From Vicugna vicugna (taxonomy: Eukaryota): 64,000 nt of DNA. Position 1 is the stretch's first letter. Every line of letters begins with the position of its first letter. The position numbers and the translations under genes are program-made. The stretch spans positions 496,001 through 560,000 of the forward strand of contig MU058252.1 in the NCBI GenBank assembly GCA_013265495.1. Direction: 5' to 3'. Positions 50,741 through 63,229 of the stretch are shown here, piece after piece. A model generated the notes under the pieces. The model made no database searches. It was not told the origin of the DNA and saw only the letters and a list, made by a program, of their open reading frames with translations.

Positions 50741-51599
50741 CCAAGCCCTGCCAGGGCCCACCCCTGACACCACTCCCCACTCCCCGTCGGAGGTGCTGGA
50801 GGAGGCAGCTCCGAGGTGTGAACAAGACACACGGGGGGGACCTCCCGGGGGTGACGAATTGCCCGGCCTACGCGCACGTTTAGTCAGCTCTTCAGGGGCT
50901 CGCCCTTTGTAATTTTGCATGACGCAGATTAAAGTCAAACAGTTATAGGAGGCTGGCATGGAAAGGGCAGTTACCACCCCCACCCGCCACTTCCTGTTCT
51001 CCTTGCGGGCATCTCCCCATGCTTTCAGCGGATTCTTTATGATTTACCGCCACGTGGCTAACCCACAGATTTACATTCTCAGCTTTAACATTTGAGGTGT
51101 TTGTTTCTTACGGACGATGGAGGATAGGGCTTAGAGCTTCACCGCCTTCCACTGCCCGTCTCCTCACCTTCCAGGTACATCTTGTTGTTATTGTTGTTGT
51201 CCTTGAAGCTATAATTTATTTTTTATTCTATTTTTTCCAGGTACATCTTATTTTGGGTTCGATCAACCTTCCCCTTTAATGGATTAGATGACTACTCACA
51301 GATGAACCACGATTATGTTTTCCCTTCTGCCACCATGTTTTCTTTGCTCTGGATTTAATAACTGCCTTGCATGGTCTTCTGCGGAGTGCTCCATAGGTTT
51401 ATTAGTAGTTTATCACCAGATTCTTACCGATATACAAGCTGTATAAATTCATACATGTTAGATATTCTGTTAACTTCAGTGTGTTGGAGAGCTCTTTGCT
51501 GGGGCCTCCTGCCCTGCTCCAATGTAAATGGGCCAGTATATGCTTCTGGGGTCCAGCCAGCATCCTGGACGTGCCCTCTTCCTCTCTCTTGGGCGGTGG

Positions 51600-52045
51600 C
51601 CCATTTCTTTGATCCCTTTTCTTTTCATTTATTGCTTTCTTCTCCCATTTTGATTGAGTACATCCTTCAGTAGCTTTCTGAGAAAAGGGTGTGTGAGAGG
51701 TGAACTACTGAGATCTGAATATGTCTTGTTCATCCTAACACTTGGTAGCTGAGCTGGGTACATAAATGTTTGGGAATCGCTTTCTGTCAGTGGTTTGAAG
51801 GCATGGCTACTGCCTAGTGTTGATGAGAAGTCTGAGGCCATTCTGATCCTTGACTCTGCTTTTAAATCTGTTATTTTTCTTTTTGGAAGTTTTTGCAGTC
51901 TTCTCTTCATCCTTAGTATCCTGAAAATTCATCAAGTGCTTTTGAGGGGTTCTGTTTTTACACTGTACAGGACATTGGGGGTACTTTTTCAGTATGTATT
52001 TCATGACCTTCAATTCTGGGAACTTAGGAGAGAACATAAAATTAG
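51600..52045 (-). mobile_element. Old L1 ORF1 remnant
   Basis: FPELK..TPQKHLMNFQDTKDEEK and RIRMASDFSSTL peptides. Confidence 0.7.
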
Positions 52046-52059
52046 AAGATAAGTCCAGA

Positions 52060-52290
52060 ATGTCCAAATTGCAGTTTTGGAAATAGGGAACAAAGAATAT
52101 AATAGGATGGAAGTTAGTTTGTAAAAATACACGAAAATTTCCCAGAACTGAGTATCATAAGTCTGCAGATGAAAAGTCCTAGAAAGTCCTCAACGTGATG
52201 AATGAAAAAGGCCCCAGCAAGCCATGTACTGGTGACAATTCTTGGCTTGTATGTTTGAAGCTGCATTTTAATATTGTGTAGAAATGATCC
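52060..52290 (+). mobile_element. Old L1 ORF1 remnant, opposite orientation
   Basis: gaaaatttcccagaactga...aatgaaaaaggcccc (ENFPEL...NEKxP). Confidence 0.6.
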
Positions 52291-53491
52291 GGACCTCAAC
52301 ACGCAGTCCGGGCACTAAGTGCTATGGCTGAAGTGGGGAGAACTGATGCTGTTTGGCTGCATGAAGATGTATCCAGGAAGGCTTCACAGAGGAGGTGACA
52401 GTTGGGCTGGTTTGTAAGGGATGGGTGGGCAGAGAGGAAGGCTAGATGTTCCACAGCAGGGAAACACTGAGCTTGTACTGAGCCCGCCGGGTGTACATGT
52501 GCGTGCACCTGTGACTGTGCCCTGGGGTCAGGAGGCCGGGCTGGCTGGGATATCAAGGTAAGGGGAGGTGGGACCCTATCACAGAGGCCAGTCCTGCTCC
52601 GGCTGTAGTGGAGCCCCGCTCCTTATCTGAGACTTTCCACGGAGAGAACAATGGCCTGGCTGTGTTCAGCTGGAGCCCAGTCACACCAAAGAGGCCCCGG
52701 GCAGCTGAGGCTGATAAGCAGGCGAAGGTTCCTCTCAGAACAGAAGGGCATATAAAGTCACCTTGGAAGGATTTCCACAACCCTCCCTGCCCTCCCCACG
52801 GAGTCAGAGTCTTGGCATCAGGAGGGAACTTAGAGCCACCCAGACACTGAGCAGAGGCCAGACAGGGGACCAGATCTGCCCAAGGTCATGTGTTCATTAG
52901 AGACAGAGCTGGGGTTAGAACCCCATCTCTGGAACCCCCGCTCAGGGCTCTTTCCTCCCTGCCGGTGCCCAGGTGCCCACATCAGGAGAGGTGGCCCTTC
53001 AGCCGAAGCTCACATTCACTCAGCTGCCCAGCCCTGGGGGCATCATGGGGTGCCCCGCTGCGGGAGCAGGGGCCAGTGGACCAGAGCAGAGAAGTGGCTG
53101 GTGGCAAAATGTGACTCAAGGCTCTAAATTTTCAGCTCACGCTGAGGATGTCAGTGCTGAGGGAAGTTAGGCCCATACACATGTGCCCCAACATGATGTC
53201 CCACTGCTCTGCGTGTTCACTGCTGTAGTCCCCAGGTCAGGGTCCTCAGGAGGCCCCCTGCCCCAGAGGGCCCTGAGCAGCCAGCTCCCAGAGGAACTGA
53301 ATAAAACAGGGTTCAGTTCAGAAATGACCCACGCGCTCGGTTTTGCATAAAGGTTGCTGGTAAGCAAGGTGTTGGGGTACTTACCCTCTGAGGTTGGGTC
53401 AGCTCCTTAAAGGCAGGGCTGGACCCCTCAGTGGCCAGCCCGGTGCTTCAGACACAGAAATGGCCACACACATTCATAGAGAGATGCCGCC

Positions 53492-53912
53492 TGTTATGAG
53501 TTGAATTGTGTGCTCCTCAAAGACCCGGAAGTCCTCACCCCCAGGACTGGTGAGTGTGGAATGTGACCTTGTTTGCACATAGGTTCTTTGCAGATGGTTG
53601 AGTTAGTCATTAGGGTGGGCCCTATCCAGCTTGACAGGTGTCCTTATAAAAAGGGGGATCTTGGTCATGGAGACAGACAAGCACACGAGGAGGACAGCGT
53701 CTGAAGGTTGGAGTTCTGCTGCCACAGCCAGGGACCACCAGGAGCTAAGAGGCAGGCCTGGAACAGATTGTCCCCAGTGCCTTCAGTGGGCGCGTGGCCC
53801 TGCTGACACCTTGATCTCAGCCTTCTGGCCTCAAGACTGTGAGACAATAAGTCTCTGTTGTTTAAGCCACTCGGGTTGGTGGTTCTGTGTCAGGGCAGCC
53901 CCAGGACTCATC
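53492..53912 (+). mobile_element. MaLR LTR (MLT1B-like)
   Basis: tgttatgagttgaattgtgt start and ctgttgtttaagccac. Confidence 0.85.
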
Positions 53913-53976
53913 ACCCAAGAGCATCACCTGGGTACTGCCTCCTGCCTGCCTGCCTGCCACGGCTGTTTCCCAGACC

Positions 53977-53995
53977 AGCCACCAGGGGGCAGCAT
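53977..53995 (+). promoter_or_regulatory. CTCF motif (AGCCACCAGGGGGCAGCA)
   Basis: Near-consensus match. Confidence 0.7.
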
Positions 53996-55964
53996 CAGCA
54001 GGCTGTGGCCGGCCCATGGACTGCACAAGGGACAGTGGCCCTGGGGCAGCATTTCACCCCGTGGGCCACCAGCACAAGGGCATCAGGAGAGGCCCCGGGG
54101 ACTGGCTCAGCCGAGACCCGAGCAAACCCCTTGCAGGGGGGCGGGGGGTGCACAGCCGGTGGAGGAGGGCGCCTGGCCCAGGGCCTGGAGAGTTTGGGCC
54201 TCTGTCCAGTTTTGTCGCAAAGCAGAGGCGAGACCCTCGGAAGCTGCCACCACTGAGGCTCCCACCTGTGACACAAGGGCCTGTGGATCTTGGCCATAGG
54301 CCCTAGGGGTGTGGCCCAGCGTGGAGGGCATTTTTGGTTGTCACAAGAACTGGGGAGAGCCTACCATTTGCAGGGTGGGGTGCTCAGCGCCCGGGAACGA
54401 CAGACACTGAACCTGTCCCACTGGAGTCCAAGGATGCCGTGTCAGGAATGTGGGTTTGAGGGGAGGTCCCCCCCCTTCCTAGCTTGTGATCTGATCTCTG
54501 ACCGCGTTCTCTTTCCGGGAAGGACGAGTCGTTCTTGGGCGCCCCGAGTCCCTGCTAATTAAATGTCATTTGCATTTGCAGCTTTTTAGGTTATTTAACT
54601 TGTAAATTTCCCTCAATAATTCCAGCGACATTACTTTCAGCGTACTGATTGCAGCATTTACACTTTTTAGTATTCCACGCACCTCCTCTGACATGTGTGG
54701 GCGCAGCCGTCATCAGGGCAGCCAGAAGGCACCTCAAGGCCAGGCGCCCTGCAGCCTCCTGCCCGGCGGCCTCGGCTCCGCGGGATCTACCGGCATCACC
54801 TGTACTGAGGGTCTCATCCAAGGATCACCCATAACGTGCAACTCCTCACCTGCTGGTAAAAACTCCCCTTGTGGAAGCGCTTACCCTCCCTCATCTCGGT
54901 CACTCACGGGAGATTTCCCACATCCACACTTCTCAGCACCCAGCCCTGCAGGCTGGCTTCCCCTCTGCACCCCCAGACTCAATCTCCATCCTTTCTGTCT
55001 TGCTGGGTCTCAGGGGTGGACAGAGGAGGCCAGGCATGCAGGTGCCTTAGGACGACTGTCCCTCAGGTCCCTGGTCTGCCTGCAGCTTCCACAGGGCCCC
55101 ACTGATACAACCTCCCTGCGTCGGGCCTGGGGGTAGCCGTCTGTTAACGTCCGCTCTCAGGCAGCTCCTTGCCTTCCCTGCCCGCAGCGCTGCAAGTTCC
55201 CCTCTGTCTGGCTGCTGCAAAATCACCCTTATGTCAAACCCGATTGATGGACTTGATCGTTTTTTAACACACCTGGGTTTTGTGGGTTAGGAACTCAGAC
55301 GGGACAAAGAGAGGGAAGGAGTCTCTGCTCCACCTTGTCTGGGCCTCCCCTGGGAAGACCAAAGGCTGGGCGACTTGACAACCCAGGGCTGGAAACACGG
55401 GGAGGCGTCCTCACAGCCTGGTGGCCGGGTTCCGGGAGGGAGCACCCCAGACAGCCCAGTGAGTCCTGGCATCCTGATGGTCTCACTCAGAGTCACACAC
55501 TGTTACCCCCCATACCCTGCTGTCCCTGGCAGCCAGAAGTGCTCCTGCTGCTGCCACTGCCTGTGGGACGGGACGTGGCTGTACCAGCAGCCGAATGAGT
55601 CTGCACAGCCCCGGCCTCCGTGACTCACCGGCTTCCCAACAAGGTCTGCGAGGACGTGGCGACTGGTGGAAGCTTTACCCGCAGCTGCCAGAGGGGCTGA
55701 CAGGCTGAGTGTCAGGCATTCTCTGCTTCTGCAGGGGATGGGGGGAGGTGACTGCTGCCTGATAAAAGGATCTCCCTAGATAGTATATTAAAATAGATGA
55801 AGAACTTCAGATGCTGGGGGTAGGGGCTACTGAGTCCAGGGAGGAAGGGTCCGTCCTGCAGCCCAGAGAAAATTCTAAGTTCTGCCTCGTCTGCAGCAGG
55901 TGATGCCGGGGTGCGCCCTCTGCACATCCCTTCAGCTGAGTATAAGTTCAGTGTCGTGTACCTT

Positions 55965-56480
55965 TCCCTGTTTCTCATTGGGAATGGTGTGTGCGATAAA
56001 GCTGGAATACTGCCTTTTAACCGCAATTTCAAAAATGGTTTTGGAACATTTTAATAAAACGAGTGAGCGCTGATAGACTCTAGATTGTGGCATCTTTAAA
56101 TTCAACTTAAAATTAGTGGAGTCTGAAACAAAAGCAATAAAGATGAAAATAAACTCAATATAAATTATTTTGACATTGAGAAGCAAATCATAACAATAAA
56201 CTTTCCAATCACATAAAAAGCAGTAATTGATTCAGGGGAAAATATAAATTTTGAATAAAAGTGGTGAATAGATTTTTGGGTTGTTTGATAATCCAATTAA
56301 TGAACTGCATGAACACATTGGAAAAAGAATGTAACTTCTTTGCTAATTTGACATGAAATGCTAACAATGACAAAGACAAAATCAAACTCACAGATTGCCA
56401 CTTCAGGGAGGCCACCCATGACAGCTTGGTTAATAAATGTCATTAATTCAAAGGGTTTTTAAGATTAGTCACTGAGCAAA
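55965..56480 (+). mobile_element. Probable ancient hAT transposase remnant
   Basis: AT-rich block with LEHFNKTS and F.IKVVNRFLG.LI.QL-like broken peptides. Confidence 0.4.
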
Positions 56481-56595
56481 AAAACTCGAAATGTCCTGAA
56501 ACCTTACAACTCTTTTGTGAAACTTGAGAGTTCCTTAAATGCAAAAATAATCCTTAAAAGTTACACTACTTATTACCAACAATGGGTTGTAAAGA

Positions 56596-57660
56596 TGTAT
56601 TAGTCAAGGTCCAATCAGGAGACAGAAACCACATAGCAATTTAAACAAGAAAGTTTAACATAAAGAATTAATTTTACTTACACTCTATACAAAAACAAAG
56701 TCAAAATAGGTCTAAGACCAGAGACCATAAAACTCCTAGCAGAAAACATAGACAGAACACTCTTTGACAGAAATCATAACAATATTTTTGTTTATCTGTC
56801 TCCTAAAGCAAAGGAAATAAAAGCAAAAATAAACAAATGGGACCTAATTTAACTTAAAAGCTTTTGCATAGCAAAGGAAACCATTGACAAGATGAAAAGA
56901 CAACCTACGGACTGGGAGAAAATATTTGCAAATGATGTGATTGATAAGAGGTTAATATCCAAAATATACCAACAGATCATANNNNNNNNNNNNNNNNNNN
57001 NNNNNNNNNNNNNNNNNNNNNNNNNNNNNNNNNNNNNNNNNNNNNNNNNNNNNNNNNNNNNNNNNNNNNNNNNNNNNNNNNNNNNNNNNNNNNNNNNNNN
57101 NNNNNNNNNNNNNNNNNNNNNNNNNNNNNNNNNNNNNNNNNNNNNNNNNNNNNNNNNNNNNNNNNNNNNNNNNNNNNNNNNNNNNNNNNTGCAACAACAC
57201 GGATGGACTTGGAGAATATTATGCTAAGTGAAACAAGTCAGAGAAAGACAAACACCATATGATGTCACTTATATGCAGAACCTAAAAAATACAACAAACT
57301 AGTGTCTATAACAAAACAGAAACAGATTCACAGATACAGAGAACACACCAGTGGTTACCAGCAGGGAGAGGAAGGAGGAGGAGGAGGAAGATTAGAGGTA
57401 GGGGATTAAGAGGTACAAACTACTATGTATAAAATAAGCCACAGGAGTATATTGTAAAAAACAGGGAATATAGCCACTATTTTATAATAACTATAAGTGG
57501 AGCATAATCTTTAAAAATTGTGACTCACTATACTGTACCCCTGTAACTTATAATATTGTATATTAACTATACTTCAATTAGAAAAGATTTTTTAAAGAAT
57601 TAACTTTAACAGAGAATCAGAGTAATAAGGGGTTGGCTAGAAAGAAGTAAAGATTCTTAC
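56596..57660. mobile_element. Old ERVL/MaLR-class LTR remnant split by the L1 above
   Basis: tgtattagtcaaggtcc start; sequence resumes after the right TSD. Confidence 0.45.
56677..57592 (+). mobile_element. 5'-truncated L1 (ORF2 end plus 3'UTR), N-run 56982-57189
   Basis: [14 protein letters not shown]...TTWMDLENIML. TSD taaagaattaa(t/c)ttta at 56661-56676 and 57593-57608. Confidence 0.88.
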
Positions 57661-58161
57661 TTGATGAATGCAGGCACAGCAGATACAGGGAGTGGCCATC
57701 ACACCCGGTGAGACAGAGCCCCCACGGGAGAGGTCCCTCTGCGGGGCTGAGATCCGACGTTATTGGAGAGAGCTCGGCTAGCTGCACGGCAGAGGAGTCA
57801 CCGAGGTGCCAGGTCGGCGGACCTCGCTGGAAATCTGTCCCTGGGGGCCCAGAGGAACCATCCAGGGGGAAGTGTCATGCCTTAGAACTTGCCCCAAAGG
57901 CACAGGAGAAAATGCCATGGGGAGCTGTTCACAGGACAGTGCCAGTCCCGTGAAGCTGTCCCTGGGGGTGCCGAGGGAGCTCCTGGGCGCTGGGAATCAT
58001 CGGAGTTAAGTGCTGCCTTGGCTGCTGGAGACGTCGGACCCTGCAGAAGCCGCGTGTCTTGCAGGAGCCAGGTCCTGGAGGAGCTTCTTGTGCGGCAGGA
58101 GTCGCCAACAGGAAGGCACCTGAACCAGGAAGAGAAGCCCCTTTCTCCTCCAGTGTCCCTG

Positions 58162-58179
58162 CAGCGCCCCCTCCTGGCG
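58162..58179 (-). promoter_or_regulatory. Weaker CTCF motif (CGCCAGGAGGGGGCGCTG)
   Basis: One core mismatch. Confidence 0.45.
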
Positions 58180-58305
58180 AAGCTTAACACAGCAGCTGGA
58201 GAACAAACATTTCCAGGGTCCAGCTGAATTAATTTTAGAAAAGACAATGAAGGGAGGTTGGGAGCTGAGATGCAATAAATCCACAGTACCGAAGCTGAAG
58301 GAAAC

Positions 58306-58505
58306 TTTTTTTAAAAGAACAACCCTGTGCATTAGTGAGTAGGTGCCTTTCCTAGCTTGAGTGAGTGCTCTTAGGATCTTTTTTTTCTTTTAGTGGGGAT
58401 AGGAAATTAGATTTGTTTATTTATTTATCTTTAACGGAGATACTAGGGATTGAACCCAGGAACTCGTGCATGCACGCGCTCTACCACTGAGCTATACCCT
58501 CCCCA
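58306..58505 (-). mobile_element. Vic-1-type SINE with 66-nt 3' extension
   Basis: 11-bp direct repeat ctgaaggaaac at 58295-58305 and 58506-58516 encloses SINE, extension and A7. Confidence 0.85.
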
Positions 58506-59499
58506 CTGAAGGAAACACACCACTGAGGGTGTGGCTTGCAGAATGTGACGCTTAGCTCCTCCTCCACGCTTCTCTTGAGCTCTGACAGGGACAAATTCTG
58601 AATCTCACCACAAGAGGGAGCCTTAAACTCGGGATGGGTCCAAAGTTTGGCAGCGTGCTATCTTCAAAGTTACCTGATTGCTTTTAATCTTCCAATCAGT
58701 TTGTTTATCTCTCTACTGGAATAAGATACATTCACATCAAATCAATTCCTTTTCTATTGTTATAGATGCTGGTACTGAGAAACTCCCACATAGATAAATA
58801 GAAAGAAAAGGAAGGGGCTTTTTGCAGCAATGCCATGAAAGTTTTCGGAAGGAGTTATATGCCAGAAATCATACAGTGAGGCATCATGAGCAATGATTTT
58901 TAATGATCTATCAGTTGGCGATACAATCAGTTCTTGCGTCCTCCCTTGATTCTGTGTGGTCCCGTGGCATCAATATCGTCTTCCCTGGGCACTGATGCTG
59001 TCAGCTTGTGGCTCTCCTCCACCGTGAGGTGGAAATACTTCCTACCATACAGTCAGTTTGTGCTGCAGACTGATTAATTTCACATCATGCATAGAAAAAA
59101 ACTGACAAAGTGCTCAAGCCCACCTTTGCAGGTAAGGTTAAGCTCAGCAGTCACCAAAGCACCTTGTGCCTGTGGGTTCCTGGGGATGTCTGTGCAGGCA
59201 TCTGGCTTTGAGCCAAATCTCATTTCCATTTTGATACCATGTGCTTCCTCCACACACCCTCATTCTGTCAGTTAGCTCCTGCTCAGCGCTTATGAATGTT
59301 TTCTCGTTCTCAGTTGATGACCATTCAGGCTGGTACACTTGCTGGAGCAGTTTCCCAAACTCATTCTCCTTATTTCTACAAAAAGTGGCCCCGTGGTTGT
59401 CGGAGCTCTGAACCTCTGGCGAGTCCTGCACACCGTGTTGCATCTCTCTGCACTCTCTTCTCTGAGCCCTATGCTTCCCCACACATCCACACCATGCTA

Positions 59500-59950
59500 G
59501 GCATCCTCCACTTCTGGGCACTAGCAAAGGTGTCTCAGAGAGTCACATCTCTAACCAACATCTTTTGTCTTTTATTCCTATTCGTCCCAGACATCCCTCT
59601 CACCTGTCTCAAATACAACTCTAAACTTAAATTGAGTATTTCCGAAACTGAACTTTTGAGTCCTTTCAAGCCTCTCCCTCCAAAAACCAAAAATGAAACA
59701 GGCCAGTTCTCCTCTAGGGCCTCCCTTTCAGTGAATGGCACTGCTGTTCACCCAGCCAGAAACGTGGGACAATCTTAGTCCCTCCTTCCTGCCCACTTCC
59801 TATAGCCCATCCTGCACGAGCCCTGGAAGTTCTGATCTCTGGCTATTTTTTGGTTTGGACTGGTTTTCCACTTTCCTACCACACCCAGTGGTTCTCATCA
59901 TCTTAGCGGATTCTTGCTCCCAGAAAGCAGTCCTTGCCACTCCCCACAAA
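59500..59950 (+). mobile_element. L2 fragment
   Basis: ctctaaacttaaattgagtatttccgaaactgaact...aatggcact. Confidence 0.5.
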
Positions 59951-60202
59951 GCTTGATATGTCCCTCCAACCTTGTCTGGTATCTCCATGTTCCCTTTGTT
60001 CTGTCCTCCTCTGACCTCACTGTCTTACTCACAGAGCTCCCTCCTGACATAGGATAACCCCCTTGTTGAAACAGAGTCCTCCTAAAACTGAGTTCCCTTA
60101 CTGACTTTATGACAAATCTCTCTATCCCAAACTTTATTCCCTTCCTTGTCCCACCCATCTTCCCCTTTGCAGGAGAGAGGAGTATCAAAGAAAAGGGGAG
60201 AC

Positions 60203-60899
60203 TGAAACCAAGCAGGACCCTGCAGTGTCTTCCCAGGTACAAAAGTCCTTCTATGTCCCCCATTTTTTATTTATAGAAAAAAAGTTTTCAGTCTCCCTGG
60301 CCTTCCCCAAGTTCCAAAGAGCATTCTCAAGCAGCTAATGACCAGGACACTAGAGTCACAGGACTCCTAGGTCCTTCTGAAGGGACACAGGTAACAATCT
60401 GATGCGTATCTTTGAGTTGTTCTGCAGAAACTAAGACCCCGCACCCAGTGCAGGATGGTGACTACATGCTGGCTGCAGGTAAGTAGATCCCAAACTGGTT
60501 GGAACTGGTTGATGATTGAGATTCCTGAAACGTCACCTTATTACCTTACCACCAACCAATCAGAAGAAGGTCCACGAGCTGATCACACATGCTACAACCC
60601 TTGTCCCTAACACTGGCTTTAAAAACACTTACCTAGTGGAGGGAGGGTATAGCTCAGTGGTAGAGTGCATGCTAGGCATGCAGGAGGTCCTGGGTTCAAC
60701 TCCCTGTACCTCTATTAAATAAATAAACAAACTTAATTGCCTCCTCCCAACACACAAAAAAGAAACATTAAAAAAAACACACTTGCTTGAAAGCCATCAG
60801 GGAGTTTGGGTCTTTTGAGCATGGTGCCCTGCAAATAAATGCTTACTTCCCCGAAACCCACTATGAGAGTTTGGCTTTCTGTACCCTTCCTTGGTAATA
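60203..60899 (+). mobile_element. Solo ERV1-class LTR (ends approximate), interrupted by the SINE
   Basis: Begins TGAAACCAAGCAGG. CCAAT at 60556-60560, TATA-like tttaaaa at ~60618-60624, AATAAA at 60834-60839. No clean TSD seen. Confidence 0.6.
60637..60775 (+). mobile_element. Vic-1-type SINE inserted in an LTR
   Basis: Intact A/B boxes; imperfect TSD aaaaacac. Confidence 0.9.
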
Positions 60900-62479
60900 C
60901 TGTCTGGAATGTACCTCCTTTTCGGCCTGGTTAATCTCTGCTCATTCTTCAGACCTCTGCTCAAGCATCGCTTCCTCCTTCCCCAACCACCCTCTTAGCT
61001 GGTCTGCTCAGGATACGGAGGCTGGAAATGAAAGATGGCATCTTCTTGACTCTCTTGCAGCTAGGGTGTCTGCGTGTGACCCAGGACCCACACGCAGATG
61101 CATCCCGGGAGACGGGCAGTAACCCGCACAAGGTGGCAGTGTGCACGGGGCGACTGAAGCTTCTGGCAGGGCAGCACACACGTGGGGGTCTTCTGGGTGA
61201 CCATGGTGGCATTTGTGCTGTCCAGTGCTGCAGAGGTTAAGTGGCAGGTGGCACTGGTAGGGGCGTTCCTAGTGGGACAATTCCACGGTGCGGCTGGGCA
61301 CTGTCCCTGGTTGTGTAGTCCCAGACTGCTTTTTCCTGATGCTGTTCTGCATCCAAGCCTTGTTCTTTGACCCTCTTGAAGGTTCGAAGAGCTACTAAAT
61401 ACAATGTAACAAACCCCCTCCTAGAATATTCTGAGAATCGATTTTATGCTCTGCAACTAACGACCCTGTACAGGAGTCATCAAGGTCGAGTTAACTGAAG
61501 CCATGGGACTGGGTAAGAGCCTGCAGTCTGCGTCACGTCACGAATTCAGTTACACTGCCTACACGTGAAATTACACTAGGGCAAAAGTTTTAAGTAGGTG
61601 AAACTTGACTTGCTCCTTTATCCTTCATCCAGGTAGCTGTCAAATACCACGTTATTTCTCCATTCAAAGCATTTGCATCCGTTTCTTTCTCTCCATTCAC
61701 TACTCTAAACCAGGTCTGCGTCTCTCTCTACCTGAATCATTGCAGTGACCCCGGACCCCTCTCTCTAGTCCTTCCTGCACATGGTCATCAGAATAGTCTT
61801 AATTACGCCTCTCCTATCTTGCCATTTTTTGGCAAACAAAACAAAATAAACTTTCAGATCCCCTAGAATATGAAGTCTAACTTCTATGGCTGTCGTCCAG
61901 GGTGACCCTCTCTGTCCTCTGAACACCCCAGGACTTGCCCTCTTCCACCAGCCTTTCTGGGCTGGTGGCCTCTCCCGCCTGGCTCGCCTGCTCACCTGCC
62001 ACATTGCAGCCTCTCTGGATTAAGGGGCTGTCCCTCTCGGTCAGGTCCTCTCCAGGAGACTTGGGCCTTTCCTGTCTGCCATTGTCTGCATATTATGGGA
62101 AGGGCCTGTGTGGTTTCCAGGAAAGACACTGGGTATTTCTATGATCCGGTAGTGTGTCAGAAATAGATTCATCTTGAAACGTATGGAGGAATCAGAGGAC
62201 AGAAACTGCTAATAGGTGTTCCTGGAAAATAAATCAATATTTACTAAGCATCCTCTGTGTCCATCAATGTACTTGGCACTGGTGGGAGGAATAGAAATTT
62301 AAGATAATCTCTCTCCCCTCGAAGAAGTGATACTTGCTTGTTGTCAAAATAAAACCATTTTGAAGTATAAAGAGGAAAATTGAAAGTCCCTGTTCTCCGT
62401 GTTCTTAGAGATAAATGTATGTGCATCTATAAATGCAAATACCCACATCCACCGGGTTGTTCATGGGACTGTGCTAAAC

Positions 62480-62808
62480 TTTTTTTTTTCAATTTTTTAA
62501 ATTGAAGTCTAGTCAGTTTGCAATCTTGTGTCAATTTCTGGTGTGCAGCATAATGTTTCAGTCATGCATGTACATACATATATTCGTTTTCATATTCTTT
62601 TTCATCATAGGTTACTAAAAGGTACTGAATATAGTTCCCTGTGTTATACAGTAGAAACTTGTTGTTTATCTATTTTATATGTAGTCGTTTGTATCTGCAA
62701 ATCTTGAACTGCCAGTTTATCCCTTCCCACCCCCTTTACCCATTGGTAACCCTATGTTTGTTCTCTACATCTGTGGGTCTGTCTCTGTTTTGTAGGTAAG
62801 CTCACTGT
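62480..62808 (-). mobile_element. Cetartiodactyl-type L1 3' end
   Basis: T-tail followed by aatatagttccctgtgttatacagtag, etc. Confidence 0.85.
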
Positions 62809-63229
62809 GTACACAGACACATGGTTCTATAACTCACTTCTTACAGCTGTACAGCTGCCCGTGTAACTGCTTAGATCTACCCTGTTCTTAGTGTCTGCGT
62901 AGTGTTCCACAGTCAGCACAGACTATCATTCATGTGACTTTGTCTTTATTGATGGACATTTAGTTATGTTCCAGTTTTTCCTTATTAGAGACACATGTGT
63001 AAAAAATTAACTTGTATAAACTCAACCGTATGTGTTCAGCAATCAGTTATTGGTAAAAGGTCAAGAACTGTAAGCCTAAGGGAGCTGCAGGGGATATTAA
63101 ATAATCGCAGCAAAGTAGAGGGATGGCAGACTGTCCGTTTGGACAGTTTTTCCGAGGTCTTTCTCTGAAATGATTAACAAAGATAATTAGTTTCACTTTT
63201 ACTTTTTTAATTTACCATGTGGTCTGTCA

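Noticed and set aside
53631-54299. 222-aa ORF
   Set aside because: Starts inside an MLT1 LTR and runs through GC-rich unique DNA; no homology or exon structure recognised.
19741-60775. tRNA-Ala-like sequences at nine sites
   Set aside because: Each has a SINE tail, mismatched stems, and usually TSDs; these are retroposed SINEs, not tRNA genes.
61529-61542. Tandem CRE half-sites TGCGTCACGTCACG
   Set aside because: Isolated short motif with no supporting context; plausible by chance.
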